NCBI GenBank assembly: GCA_016187405.1
Contig: JACPJS010000010.1
Span: 1 to 48,506, forward strand
DNA from: Candidatus Aenigmatarchaeota archaeon
GTDB lineage: Archaea; Aenigmatarchaeota; Aenigmatarchaeia; CG10238-14; SCSR01
Reading direction: 5' to 3'
Length of the DNA stretch: 48,506 bases
Shown: piece by piece, positions 1-8,026 of the stretch
Layout of the letters: every line of letters begins with the position of its first letter
Numbering within the stretch: the stretch's first letter is position 1
Program-made: the position numbers and the translations under genes
The notes under the pieces: model-generated
Databases searched by the model: none
What the model saw: the letters and a program-made list of their open reading frames with translations, nothing else
What the model was told of the DNA's origin: nothing

Positions 1-1292
1 CAAGGACATACAGTTTCTATGACACGTTGAACAGATTCCTGATATATTCGGGATACAATGTGACATACCTGCAGAACGTGACTGATGTTGGGCACTTGTT
101 TGATACTGGTGAAGACAAGATTCTCAAGAAGGCGAAAGAGGAGCACAAAAGTCCTATAGAAATCGCTACGCATTATCTGGATCATTGGTTGGCAATGATG
201 GACAGATTAAGAATACGAAGACCTGATTTGATGCCGCGCGCGACCGACCACGTAAATGAAATAATAGACCAAGTACAGAAGATAATCAAGAATGGATATG
301 CATATGTCTCGCATGGAAGTGTCTATTTCGACTTGAACAAGTTCAAGGATTATGGAAAGTTGTCCAAGAGTATACCTAAGGAATTGGTGGAGGGAATTCG
401 TATTGCTGTAAATCCTGAAAAGAAGGATGCAAAAGACTTTGCATTGTGGATCAAGGCTCCTGAATTGCATGCACTGAAATGGGAATCTCCATGGGGAATG
501 GGATATCCGGGATGGCACATAGAGGATACTGCGATTGCTGTGAAATATTTCGGCCCTCAGTATGACTTGCATGGCGGTGGATTGGAACTGGCATTCCCTC
601 ATCATGAGGCAGAGATTGCACAGGCTGAGACTGCGACTGGAAAGAAACCATTCGTAAAATATTGGGTTCATACGGGGACTCTTACAATCAATAAACAGAA
701 AATGGCCAAGTCCATTGGCAATGTTGTCGCCATATCAGATGTTCTTGATAAATGGTCTCCTGAAACATTGAGATTATGGATAGCATCAACGCACTATAGG
801 AAACCATTGGACTATAATGAAAATGACCTTAGTGTAGCCAGCAAGAAAGTCGAAAGGATACGTGCGACATTGGAGAAGATAAGAGAAGCTAAACCTGGAA
901 AGAAATCTTTGTTATCAAATAAAATCTTGAAACTGAAAAAGGATTTCTTGAAAGCAATGGAAGACGACATGAACACACCATTAGCACTGACAAAATATTT
1001 CGAAATTATTTCGCTCGTTAACAAGAATATTGATCAGGATAAAATTTCCAAAAGTGATTTGAAACTTGCAGAAAAAACAATCTACGAACTTGGTGAGTTC
1101 TTCCAGATAGTCCCTGAAATTAAAAAGAAGGAAATCGCTAAGGAAGCGATGGATTTGATAAAGAAAAGAAATGCAGCAAGAATTGTTGGTAATTTTGAAG
1201 TCGCAGACCAGTTGAGAAAAGAACTGAAAGATAAATACGGGATTATTATAGAGGATACTCCTGATGGAGTCAAATGGAAATTTACTGATTAA
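1..1292 (+). CDS. cysS: Cysteinyl-tRNA synthetase, N-terminus cut off by the window edge
   Basis: Frame 3 is open from nt 3; the listed ORF merely starts at an internal TTG at nt 27. Class-I aaRS motifs are present: WHIEDTAIA, HGGGLELAFPHHEAEIAQ and KMAKSIGN (KMSKS type). The N-terminal RTYSFYDTLNRFL..YNVTYLQNVTDVG stretch is CysRS-like. Confidence 0.9.
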   Translation, partial: RTYSFYDTLNRFLIYSGYNVTYLQNVTDVGHLFDTGEDKILKKAKEEHKSPIEIATHYLDHWLAMMDRLRIRRPDLMPRATDHVNEIIDQVQKIIKNGYAYVSHGSVYFDLNKFKDYGKLSKSIPKELVEGIRIAVNPEKKDAKDFALWIKAPELHALKWESPWGMGYPGWHIEDTAIAVKYFGPQYDLHGGGLELAFPHHEAEIAQAETATGKKPFVKYWVHTGTLTINKQKMAKSIGNVVAISDVLDKWSPETLRLWIASTHYRKPLDYNENDLSVASKKVERIRATLEKIREAKPGKKSLLSNKILKLKKDFLKAMEDDMNTPLALTKYFEIISLVNKNIDQDKISKSDLKLAEKTIYELGEFFQIVPEIKKKEIAKEAMDLIKKRNAARIVGNFEVADQLRKELKDKYGIIIEDTPDGVKWKFTD

Positions 1293-1400
1293 AGTTCGGT
1301 CAAGAAATATTAACGACCGCAATTTTCAATTTCAAATCTGACTTACGACGGCTAATTTAAACTTTTTAAATGCTACTTCCTTACATAATAGAGTGAAAAC

Positions 1401-1787
1401 ATGTTGCAGGACCCTTTAGCAGATGCCCTGACTGTGATAAAGAACGCAGAGAGGATAGGTAAGATTAGCTGTACTGTGAAGGCCAGCACTTTGTTAGGCA
1501 ACATTCTGAAAGTCGTACAGGAAAACGGATATATAAAATCTTTTGAAAAAATCGAAGACGGTAGGGGTGCCAAGTTCAAGATCGAATTGAAGGGCAAGAT
1601 AGTCAACACGAATGTTATCAAGCCTAGTCTTTCTGTTAAAGTGGAGGAATTCGAAAAGTGGGAAAAGAGATACCTTCCTGGAAGAAACATGGGACTGTTG
1701 ATTATTTCTACGCCAAAGGGTGTCATGCAGCACAACCAGGCCAAAGAACTCCATGTCGGTGGCAAGTTGATTTCTTTTGTATATTGA
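1401..1787 (+). CDS. rps8: Ribosomal protein uS8
   Basis: 128 aa with the typical uS8 N-terminus MLQDPLADALTVIKNAE. It is the first member of a co-linear r-protein string. Confidence 0.95.
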   Translation: MLQDPLADALTVIKNAERIGKISCTVKASTLLGNILKVVQENGYIKSFEKIEDGRGAKFKIELKGKIVNTNVIKPSLSVKVEEFEKWEKRYLPGRNMGLLIISTPKGVMQHNQAKELHVGGKLISFVY

Positions 1788-1795
1788 GTGATGAT

Positions 1796-2320
1796 ATGTA
1801 TTCGCGCGAGATTTCTATCCCAGAAGGAGTTTCAATTGATGTCGATGGAACAAAGATGAAAGTTTCCGGGACAAAGGGTGAATTGAAGAGAGAGTTCAAG
1901 TTGACATACGGAGCAAAGATAACGAAAGAAGATAGCAAAATCAAAGTCACTTCTGAAATCGACAGGAGAAAGGCAAAGGCATTGGTAGGAACAGTAATTG
2001 CGCACACAAGAAACATGATAAGAGGAGTGACAAAAGGATACACATACAGATTGAAGATCGTATACAGCCACTTTCCAATGACTGCAAAGGTTGAAGGGAA
2101 GAAAGTTATGGTTAGTAATTTTATCGGCGAAAGAACATCAAGAATCGCAAAGATCGTAGGAAATACCCAGGTGAAGATAGAAGGCCAAGATGTAACTGTG
2201 ACTGGGAATGACCCAGAAGAAACTGGACAAACTGCAGGCAACATCGAACTGGCATGCAGAATAGTCGGTTACGACAAGAGAAGATTCGCCGACGGTATAT
2301 TCATAACAGGAAAGGAATGA
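1796..2320 (+). CDS. rpl6: Ribosomal protein uL6
   Basis: Start set to ATG 1796 (MYSREISIPEGVSIDVDGTKMKVSGTKGEL), because the upstream part of the listed ORF overlaps uS8. The position after uS8 and the repeat pattern are typical of uL6. Confidence 0.92.
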   Translation: MYSREISIPEGVSIDVDGTKMKVSGTKGELKREFKLTYGAKITKEDSKIKVTSEIDRRKAKALVGTVIAHTRNMIRGVTKGYTYRLKIVYSHFPMTAKVEGKKVMVSNFIGERTSRIAKIVGNTQVKIEGQDVTVTGNDPEETGQTAGNIELACRIVGYDKRRFADGIFITGKE

Positions 2321-2324
2321 TATT

Positions 2325-2681
2325 ATGGTTAACAAAAAGAAGATACCTGATTTTACAAGATGGACTTCGAAATCAAGAGCTGCACTCAAGCCTGCATGGA
2401 GAAAGCCTAGAGGAATCAACTCCAAGATAAGAAGGGTGTTTGGTGGAAAAATGAAGATGCCTTCTGTGAGTTACGGTGCCAATAGAGACTTGAGATATGT
2501 CCATCCATCGGGAAAGATGGAAGTCCTTGTATACACGATGAAAGACTTGGAAAAAGTAAATCATGACAAGCAAGCTGTAAGAATTGCTGCAGCCGTGGGA
2601 AAGAAAAAGAGAATGGAAATTATCAAGAGATCAGAAGAGATGAAATTAAAAGTTCTGAATCCAATGAGGAAGTCGGTGTAA
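2325..2681 (+). CDS. rpl32e: Ribosomal protein eL32
   Basis: Contains WRKPRGINSKIRR, and sits in the order uL6-eL32-eL19 typical of archaea. Confidence 0.92.
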   Translation: MVNKKKIPDFTRWTSKSRAALKPAWRKPRGINSKIRRVFGGKMKMPSVSYGANRDLRYVHPSGKMEVLVYTMKDLEKVNHDKQAVRIAAAVGKKKRMEIIKRSEEMKLKVLNPMRKSV

Positions 2682-3104
2682 ATGTCTAGCGTACAAAAAA
2701 GATTGTCAGCAAAAGTTTTGAAAATCGGCGGGTCGAGGGTATGGTTGAATCCTGATAAGATGAAAGATATCGAAAAGGCTATTACAAAGATTGACATCAG
2801 GAAACTTGTGAAGAAGGGTGACATAAAATCACTGCCTGAAAAGGTAAGGATTAAAGTTCCTATGAAAAACAGGAAACGTGGTCATGGAAGCAAGAAAGGT
2901 AGAAAACATTCCATTGTTCCGAGCAAGACAAAATGGATCAATACTGTCATGCCTCAGAGAAGGTTGTTGAGTGAATTGAAGACCGATGGGCTGATTGACG
3001 GTAAAACATACAGAAAGATGTACAAGTTAGTTAAAGGTGGTATGTTCAGGAGCAGGTCGCACTTGAAATTGTACATGCAACAGAGCAGGATATTGAAGGG
3101 ATGA
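2682..3104 (+). CDS. rpl19e: Ribosomal protein eL19
   Basis: Begins MSSVQKRLSAKVLKIGGSRVWLNPDK, an eL19 N-terminal signature. Synteny agrees. Confidence 0.92.
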   Translation: MSSVQKRLSAKVLKIGGSRVWLNPDKMKDIEKAITKIDIRKLVKKGDIKSLPEKVRIKVPMKNRKRGHGSKKGRKHSIVPSKTKWINTVMPQRRLLSELKTDGLIDGKTYRKMYKLVKGGMFRSRSHLKLYMQQSRILKG

Positions 3105-3105
3105 T

Positions 3106-3612
3106 ATGAAACTTTCACCAAAATACAGAATGCCATTCAAAAGAAGATTGGAAGGAAAGACTGATTATGACAAGAGATTGGAATTGTTGAAATCGGGAAT
3201 GCCGCAGATTGTCGTGAGAAAGAGTTTGAAATATATCAAGGCACAGGTGACTGATTTTGATTCCAAAGGCGACAAGACATTATCGTCTGCGAACAGCAAG
3301 GAATTGAAGAAACTCGGATGGAATTTCGCTTATGACAATATACCTGCAGCTTACCTTACAGGATTGTTGCTGGGAAAGAAATCATTGAAGAACAATGTGA
3401 ATGAAGTCGTTCTCAATGCTGGATTGTATCCATCTGTAAAAGGATCCAGGATATACGCGACTGTGAAAGGTGCGTTGGATGCCGGATTGAAAGTTTCTGT
3501 TGATGAAGAAATCCTACCAAGTGAACAAAGAATAAAGGGCGAACACATAACAAAGTTTAAGAACTTGCCAATGGAATTTGAAAAGGTTAAACAAAAAATA
3601 TTGAGTGGTTAA
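3106..3612 (+). CDS. rpl18: Ribosomal protein uL18
   Basis: Contains FKRRLEGKTDYDKRLELLKSG, a uL18 motif. Synteny agrees. Confidence 0.92.
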   Translation: MKLSPKYRMPFKRRLEGKTDYDKRLELLKSGMPQIVVRKSLKYIKAQVTDFDSKGDKTLSSANSKELKKLGWNFAYDNIPAAYLTGLLLGKKSLKNNVNEVVLNAGLYPSVKGSRIYATVKGALDAGLKVSVDEEILPSEQRIKGEHITKFKNLPMEFEKVKQKILSG

Positions 3613-4374
3613 ATGGAAAAGCACAAGGAAGAAAAAGTTCTAGCAACAGAAGTTAAAAACGAATTGGAAGTTCCTAAGGAATTGCCAATAGAGCCAGAAG
3701 AAATCAAAGAACCTATTATCGAAGAGACCAGAAGAGACATTGATTGGACTCCAAAGACAGTTTTAGGGAAACAGGTTTTTGAGGGAAAGATTACAAGCGT
3801 TGAACAGATTTTGACAAGTGGCAAGAAAATTCTCGAGCCAAAGATTGTCGAATATTTGATTCCTGATTTAAAGACAGAATTGATTTTGATCGGTGGAAGA
3901 GGTGGAAAGGGTGGAGGTGCACAGAGGATTCCAATCAGAATAACTGCAAAGATGCACTCATCCGGAAGAAGATTCAGAACATCTTCATTGATTGCAGTCG
4001 GAAATGGAAACGGTCTGATTGGTATCGGCAGGGCGAGCAGTGTGGAGCCTAGGACAGCAATGGAAAAGGCTACCAACAAGGCAAAATTGAACATTATGAT
4101 GATAAACCGTGGATGCGGTGATTGGGAGTGCGGTTGTGGAACAAATCATTCTATTCTTTTCAAGACAAAAGGAAAATCCGGAAGCGTACACGTTCAGATA
4201 CTACCGGCACCAAAAGGAGTGGGGCTTGTTGCAGATAATGAAACGAAGAAATTGTTGAGACTCGCCGGAATAAAGGACGCTTGGTCTAGAACATCTGGTA
4301 ACACAGGAAACAGGATCAACTTGATATCAGCAGTTGCAGATGCGTTGAAGAAATTGTACATTTACGAGAAATAA
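3613..4374 (+). CDS. rps5: Ribosomal protein uS5
   Basis: Contains the uS5 dsRBD-like and C-terminal domain patterns (GGRGGKGGGAQRIP..FRTSSLIAVGNGNG, GCGDWECGCG). An acidic N-terminal extension is present. Confidence 0.92.
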   Translation: MEKHKEEKVLATEVKNELEVPKELPIEPEEIKEPIIEETRRDIDWTPKTVLGKQVFEGKITSVEQILTSGKKILEPKIVEYLIPDLKTELILIGGRGGKGGGAQRIPIRITAKMHSSGRRFRTSSLIAVGNGNGLIGIGRASSVEPRTAMEKATNKAKLNIMMINRGCGDWECGCGTNHSILFKTKGKSGSVHVQILPAPKGVGLVADNETKKLLRLAGIKDAWSRTSGNTGNRINLISAVADALKKLYIYEK

Positions 4375-4375
4375 T

Positions 4376-4801
4376 TTAGATTGATTGTTGTGCTCTCATA
4401 ATACTTTCTAGAAATGCGATTTCAAAGTCCGATTGTTGTTGATAATCAGCTGTCCTTTGACGAACATGTGCTATTTCAGCTGTTATTTCAGCTTGTAAAT
4501 CATCCGGTTTAGATAAATTTCCTTTATAATAAAGTCTATATCCACGTGGTGTTCTTACTGGAACTTGATCCATAGATTGTGCAAGTTCTATAGCTCTTCT
4601 AGCATCTTCTTCAGTAGCTCCCTTTCCCAGTTCTCTATAATGTTCTTCATATTCTCGAGGTGAAACAACTACACCGTACGTACTGTAAGTTAAAGTTGTT
4701 GCAAAGTATCCTCTATAAATAAAACCCTGAGCTCGTCCTTCGCTATACAAAACTACGTCTCCTTCTTTTAATTCCTCTCTCTCCTGAATTTGTGAAACCA
4801 T
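4376..4801 (-). CDS. Hypothetical protein (Arg-rich ORFan class)
   Basis: 141-aa ORF with an ATG start and no motif I recognise. R:K is 13:4, Phe is 4/4 TTT and Gln is 10/12 CAA. A native-type A/T box lies 22 nt upstream. Confidence 0.6.
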   Translation of the reverse strand: MVSQIQEREELKEGDVVLYSEGRAQGFIYRGYFATTLTYSTYGVVVSPREYEEHYRELGKGATEEDARRAIELAQSMDQVPVRTPRGYRLYYKGNLSKPDDLQAEITAEIAHVRQRTADYQQQSDFEIAFLESIMRAQQSI

Positions 4802-4823
4802 ATTTAGAAGTTGAATGTTAACG

Positions 4824-4834
4824 ATTTAAGCTTT
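4824..4834 (-). promoter_or_regulatory. BRE/TATA-like box AAAGCTTAAAT, 22 nt upstream of ATG 4801
   Basis: The same 11-mer occurs 23 nt upstream of ORF 47998..48342. The spacing fits a leaderless archaeal transcript. Confidence 0.5.
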
Positions 4835-4864
4835 AACACAAAAGAATTGATCAGAAGGTTTAAT

Positions 4865-5581
4865 TTAATTAGCACAAACTTGCTGCGCGACTTCTAGCAC
4901 TCTTTGTTTGTAAAACGGTTTATCATGTTCGGCGCGTTCCGGTATGTATTTGACTGAGGTAACATCATTTGCTATTCTCTCTGCTTCTTTTGCTGGATTT
5001 TTGCATAAATCAGACGAATAAAGCGCAAAGGCTTCGATCCATGGATAGTAATCTTCGAGAATTTGACTGGCATCATTGCCAGAAGGTCTTTGCTCAGGTT
5101 TTCGATCTCTCTCGACTACATAGAAACCTTCAAATTTGTAGGTTACATAGTCGTCTGATGAGTATTCTGGAATAAAAATTCTCTGTCCATGATAACTAGA
5201 TGAGCGCCTTTCAAGTTCAGCACGTGTCAAGTCTGTTTGGCCATAAATGTGTATCATGTCTGGAGTTGTTCTTGATAAAACTCTGTTTAATTGTCGGTCG
5301 ATTCTTTTCATGTCAATTTGGAGTTGGTCGACTTTTCCTGACAAATCAGATTTGTCTTTCTGAAGAGCTACTTTCTCTGCATTCGATAAGGCTGCCTCTG
5401 TTCTTAGCGTATCTACTGTTGCAGAAAGTGCTTGATTTTCTCTCCTGAAATCGTTTGATGTACGTCTTGCCAAATCTGATTCATTATATGATGCGAGTGT
5501 AGAAACTGCAAGAACACTGGAAGCCACCAAAAGAAGCGGAGTTGTGTACCATCTGTAGAATCTTCTCAGCCTATTTATCAC
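4865..5581 (-). CDS. Hypothetical membrane-anchored coiled-coil protein (Arg-rich ORFan class)
   Basis: 238 aa with a GTG start 21 nt after the sodX-like stop. It has an N-terminal hydrophobic helix (TTPLLLVASSVLAVSTLA), a heptad-like region and a C-terminal domain with 2 Cys. R:K is 23:12. Confidence 0.55.
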   Translation of the reverse strand: MINRLRRFYRWYTTPLLLVASSVLAVSTLASYNESDLARRTSNDFRRENQALSATVDTLRTEAALSNAEKVALQKDKSDLSGKVDQLQIDMKRIDRQLNRVLSRTTPDMIHIYGQTDLTRAELERRSSSYHGQRIFIPEYSSDDYVTYKFEGFYVVERDRKPEQRPSGNDASQILEDYYPWIEAFALYSSDLCKNPAKEAERIANDVTSVKYIPERAEHDKPFYKQRVLEVAQQVCAN

Positions 5582-5602
5582 AATTTATTCTATGCATTTA
5601 AA

Positions 5603-5899
5603 TTATTTAACGTTGGGACGATCGCTTATTTTCAGAATAACTTTTCCAACTACTGAATTTTTGTTTATCGATTTTATTTTCTTGCTGAGAATGTTGTCGC
5701 CTTCAACAAAAATTTTATCGTAATATACTTTCGTAACGCGCTTCACCAAGAATTTATTGGAGTTTTTGAAAACGATCACATCGCCTTCATCAGGCATTTT
5801 AAGAACATACGCGAGCTTATTCACAAATACGTAATCTCCAGATTTCAGAAAAGGTTCCATACTTTTGTCTTCGATTCTGAAACGTGATACTGGAAGCAT
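5603..5899 (-). CDS. sodX: S26-family signal-peptidase-like protease, Ni-SOD maturation protease type
   Basis: 98 aa. DKSMEPFLKSGDYVFV carries the Ser nucleophile context, and GDVIVFK..LVKRV carries the Lys context. It lies in the same transcription direction as sodN, 222 nt downstream. Confidence 0.75.
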   Translation of the reverse strand: MLPVSRFRIEDKSMEPFLKSGDYVFVNKLAYVLKMPDEGDVIVFKNSNKFLVKRVTKVYYDKIFVEGDNILSKKIKSINKNSVVGKVILKISDRPNVK

Positions 5900-5901
5900 A
5901 A

Positions 5902-6120
5902 TTATTGAATTAATTCCAATTGTTTTATTCTAGGGATGTATCTTGCAGGAACGGACATTAAATAAACTTCGAGTCCTTCTATAATATCACGCTCGTAACG
6001 AACTGGGATACCATGTTGACCAATTGTTCTTTTCCATCTATCAAGTTCCTTATAATCTGCTGGTCTAATGGATACATTTGTCCAGTTTCTCTCGAATAAT
6101 TCTTGTAACCAAGGAAACAT
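5902..6120 (-). CDS. Hypothetical 72-aa protein between sodN and sodX
   Basis: ORF with 4-nt and 2-nt gaps to its neighbours. R:K is 8:3, Gln is 4/4 CAA and Leu is mostly TTA. No recognisable motif. Confidence 0.5.
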   Translation of the reverse strand: MFPWLQELFERNWTNVSIRPADYKELDRWKRTIGQHGIPVRYERDIIEGLEVYLMSVPARYIPRIKQLELIQ

Positions 6121-6124
6121 ATCA

Positions 6125-6613
6125 TCATTTCTTCAATATAGGATAAACAGTTTCTTTTGCAGTTGGATAAGGTGCAGAAAATGTGGTTGTATCATAACCT
6201 TTTGTTTTCCAGAATATCTCTGCAATCTTGTTCATAGTTCCTAACAACTCTTCAGCTGCTTCCATGTTTACTTCCTGTTTTACCTTCGATCCCAATTTCA
6301 TAACTTTCCATACCAGTTCGTGGAGTTCTGGATATTTCTGAACATGTTCCGGTTTGAAATAGTCTCCCCATAATATTCTGACTTCGTGTTTGCACAATTC
6401 AGCATGATGCTCCTTCACATCAGTGAGACGATCTATCTTATGTGCATCGTCTTTTGTTTCATTAATCAAGGTGGTCATCCTGATGACAGTGTGAGCAGCC
6501 ATTTGTGCAAGATGTGGATCGTATATCCCACATGGTATGTCACAATGAGCGTATGCTACCTTTGCTGGGAATATCTTGTCTATTAGTTTGAAAGTAGAAT
6601 GTAACAGTGACAT
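6125..6613 (-). CDS. sodN: Nickel superoxide dismutase precursor
   Basis: The Ni-hook HCDIPCGIYDP starts at residue 23, after a leader ending AYA (nt 6521-6547 encode HCDIPCGIY). Size and helical remainder fit NiSOD, and codon choice is native. Confidence 0.9.
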   Translation of the reverse strand: MSLLHSTFKLIDKIFPAKVAYAHCDIPCGIYDPHLAQMAAHTVIRMTTLINETKDDAHKIDRLTDVKEHHAELCKHEVRILWGDYFKPEHVQKYPELHELVWKVMKLGSKVKQEVNMEAAEELLGTMNKIAEIFWKTKGYDTTTFSAPYPTAKETVYPILKK

Positions 6614-6636
6614 ATGTTAGTTTACATGTCCCAGAT

Positions 6637-6648
6637 ATTTAAAACTTT
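6637..6648 (-). promoter_or_regulatory. BRE/TATA-like box AAAGTTTTAAAT, 23 nt upstream of the sodN ATG
   Basis: Matches the window-wide box-N22/23-start pattern. Confidence 0.5.
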
Positions 6649-6659
6649 GAAATGAACAG

Positions 6660-7007
6660 ATGGTTGTCTTTATTAAGACAGTGTTTGAAAAAGTAAGTAT
6701 GATTGACCCTATTGTTATAGAAATTCTAACTAAAGGATTAACAGCTTCTTTAGGTATAATTCTAGGTGCGTATTTCTTCAAATCAATAAAGCATGGTATT
6801 GTAATTCCTATTGTTTCTTATAAAATAGTTACAAAAAGAGACGCTTTCATATTTTTTATAATTTCAGTATTTATTGTTGGATATTTTTCAAGTTGGATAG
6901 AACCTCAAATCAAAAATCTAATGATACAGAATGGGACGAATCTATTTCTTGGTTTTGGTTTACCTTTAATTGCTTTATGGTTTATTTTTAATAAATTATT
7001 TTATTAA
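6660..7007 (+). CDS. Hypothetical small membrane protein
   Basis: 115 aa with 3-4 hydrophobic helices. It is very A+T-rich with TTA/TTT-rich codons. No recognisable motif. Confidence 0.5.
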   Translation: MVVFIKTVFEKVSMIDPIVIEILTKGLTASLGIILGAYFFKSIKHGIVIPIVSYKIVTKRDAFIFFIISVFIVGYFSSWIEPQIKNLMIQNGTNLFLGFGLPLIALWFIFNKLFY

Positions 7008-7127
7008 TGATTTTATATGTATTCCCAAAATCAATAAAATGCGACAGCTAACCCGTCAATAACATTTGCGACAGAACCAGTTTGACTATCTTTAAAAACA
7101 TTAATTATCATAATCCAAAAGAGGAAT

Positions 7128-7589
7128 ATGTTAGCGGTAGTTAGGATAAAGGGAATTGTAGGCATGTCCCACCATGTAAAGGACACATTGAAGATGCTGA
7201 GACTGGATACGACCAACAGTTGCTCGATTATACCTGAAACTAAAATTTACAGGGGAATGATTCAAGTTATCAAGGACCATGTCACATTTGGTGAGGTCGA
7301 CAAGGAAACTGTGACAAAACTCTTGGAGAAGAGACTAAGAATGACTAGCAACAACAAAAGAGTCGATGAGAAATCTTTGAAATCATTGACAGGATTCAAT
7401 TCTTATAGCGAACTTGCAGATATGCTGCTTCAGGGAACTGTCAAGTTGAACAGTTTCAAGGGAATACAACCTAATTTCAGACTGACACCTCCTTCCAAAG
7501 GCTTCAAGTCAGTAAATGAACACTATCCAAGAGGGGACATAGGAAACAGGGGCAAAGAAATTAAAACACTTATCGAGAGTATGATTTAA
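7128..7589 (+). CDS. rpl30: Ribosomal protein uL30
   Basis: Begins MLAVVRIKGIVGMSHHVKDTLKMLRL, a typical archaeal uL30 start, and is followed by uL15. Confidence 0.92.
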   Translation: MLAVVRIKGIVGMSHHVKDTLKMLRLDTTNSCSIIPETKIYRGMIQVIKDHVTFGEVDKETVTKLLEKRLRMTSNNKRVDEKSLKSLTGFNSYSELADMLLQGTVKLNSFKGIQPNFRLTPPSKGFKSVNEHYPRGDIGNRGKEIKTLIESMI

Positions 7590-8026
7590 TGGTCGTCAGA
7601 AAAAGAAAGAAGCATGAAGGTTTTAGAGGAGTAAGAACTTACCACGGTTCTCACAAGCTGCATAAGGGAGCTGGAGGAAGAGGTGGAAGAGGTAATGCAG
7701 GATTGAGAAGGCACAAGAAAGGATGGATGTTGAAGAATGATCCTATGCATTTCGGTAAGCACGGATTCACTAGGTTGCCGACTCTTGTTAGAAATCTGAA
7801 AACGATAAACTTGCGCGAATTGGATTTGCTTGTCAACAAACTTGTTGAAAAGAAATTGGTCGAGAATGAGAATGGCAAGATCAAAGTCAATCTCAAGAAA
7901 ATTGGATATGACAAATTGTTGGGAACCGGAAAGATAACGAAACCCTTGATTGTCGAGGCTAAATATTTTTCAAAGATTGCTGTTCAGAAACTGGAAAAAA
8001 TCGGTGGAAAAACGGTTAACATATGA
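7589..8026 (+). CDS. rpl15: Ribosomal protein uL15
   Basis: Has the Gly/Arg-rich N-terminus HKGAGGRGGRGNAGLRRHKK. It overlaps the uL30 stop by 1 nt and precedes secY. Confidence 0.92.
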   Translation: MVVRKRKKHEGFRGVRTYHGSHKLHKGAGGRGGRGNAGLRRHKKGWMLKNDPMHFGKHGFTRLPTLVRNLKTINLRELDLLVNKLVEKKLVENENGKIKVNLKKIGYDKLLGTGKITKPLIVEAKYFSKIAVQKLEKIGGKTVNI

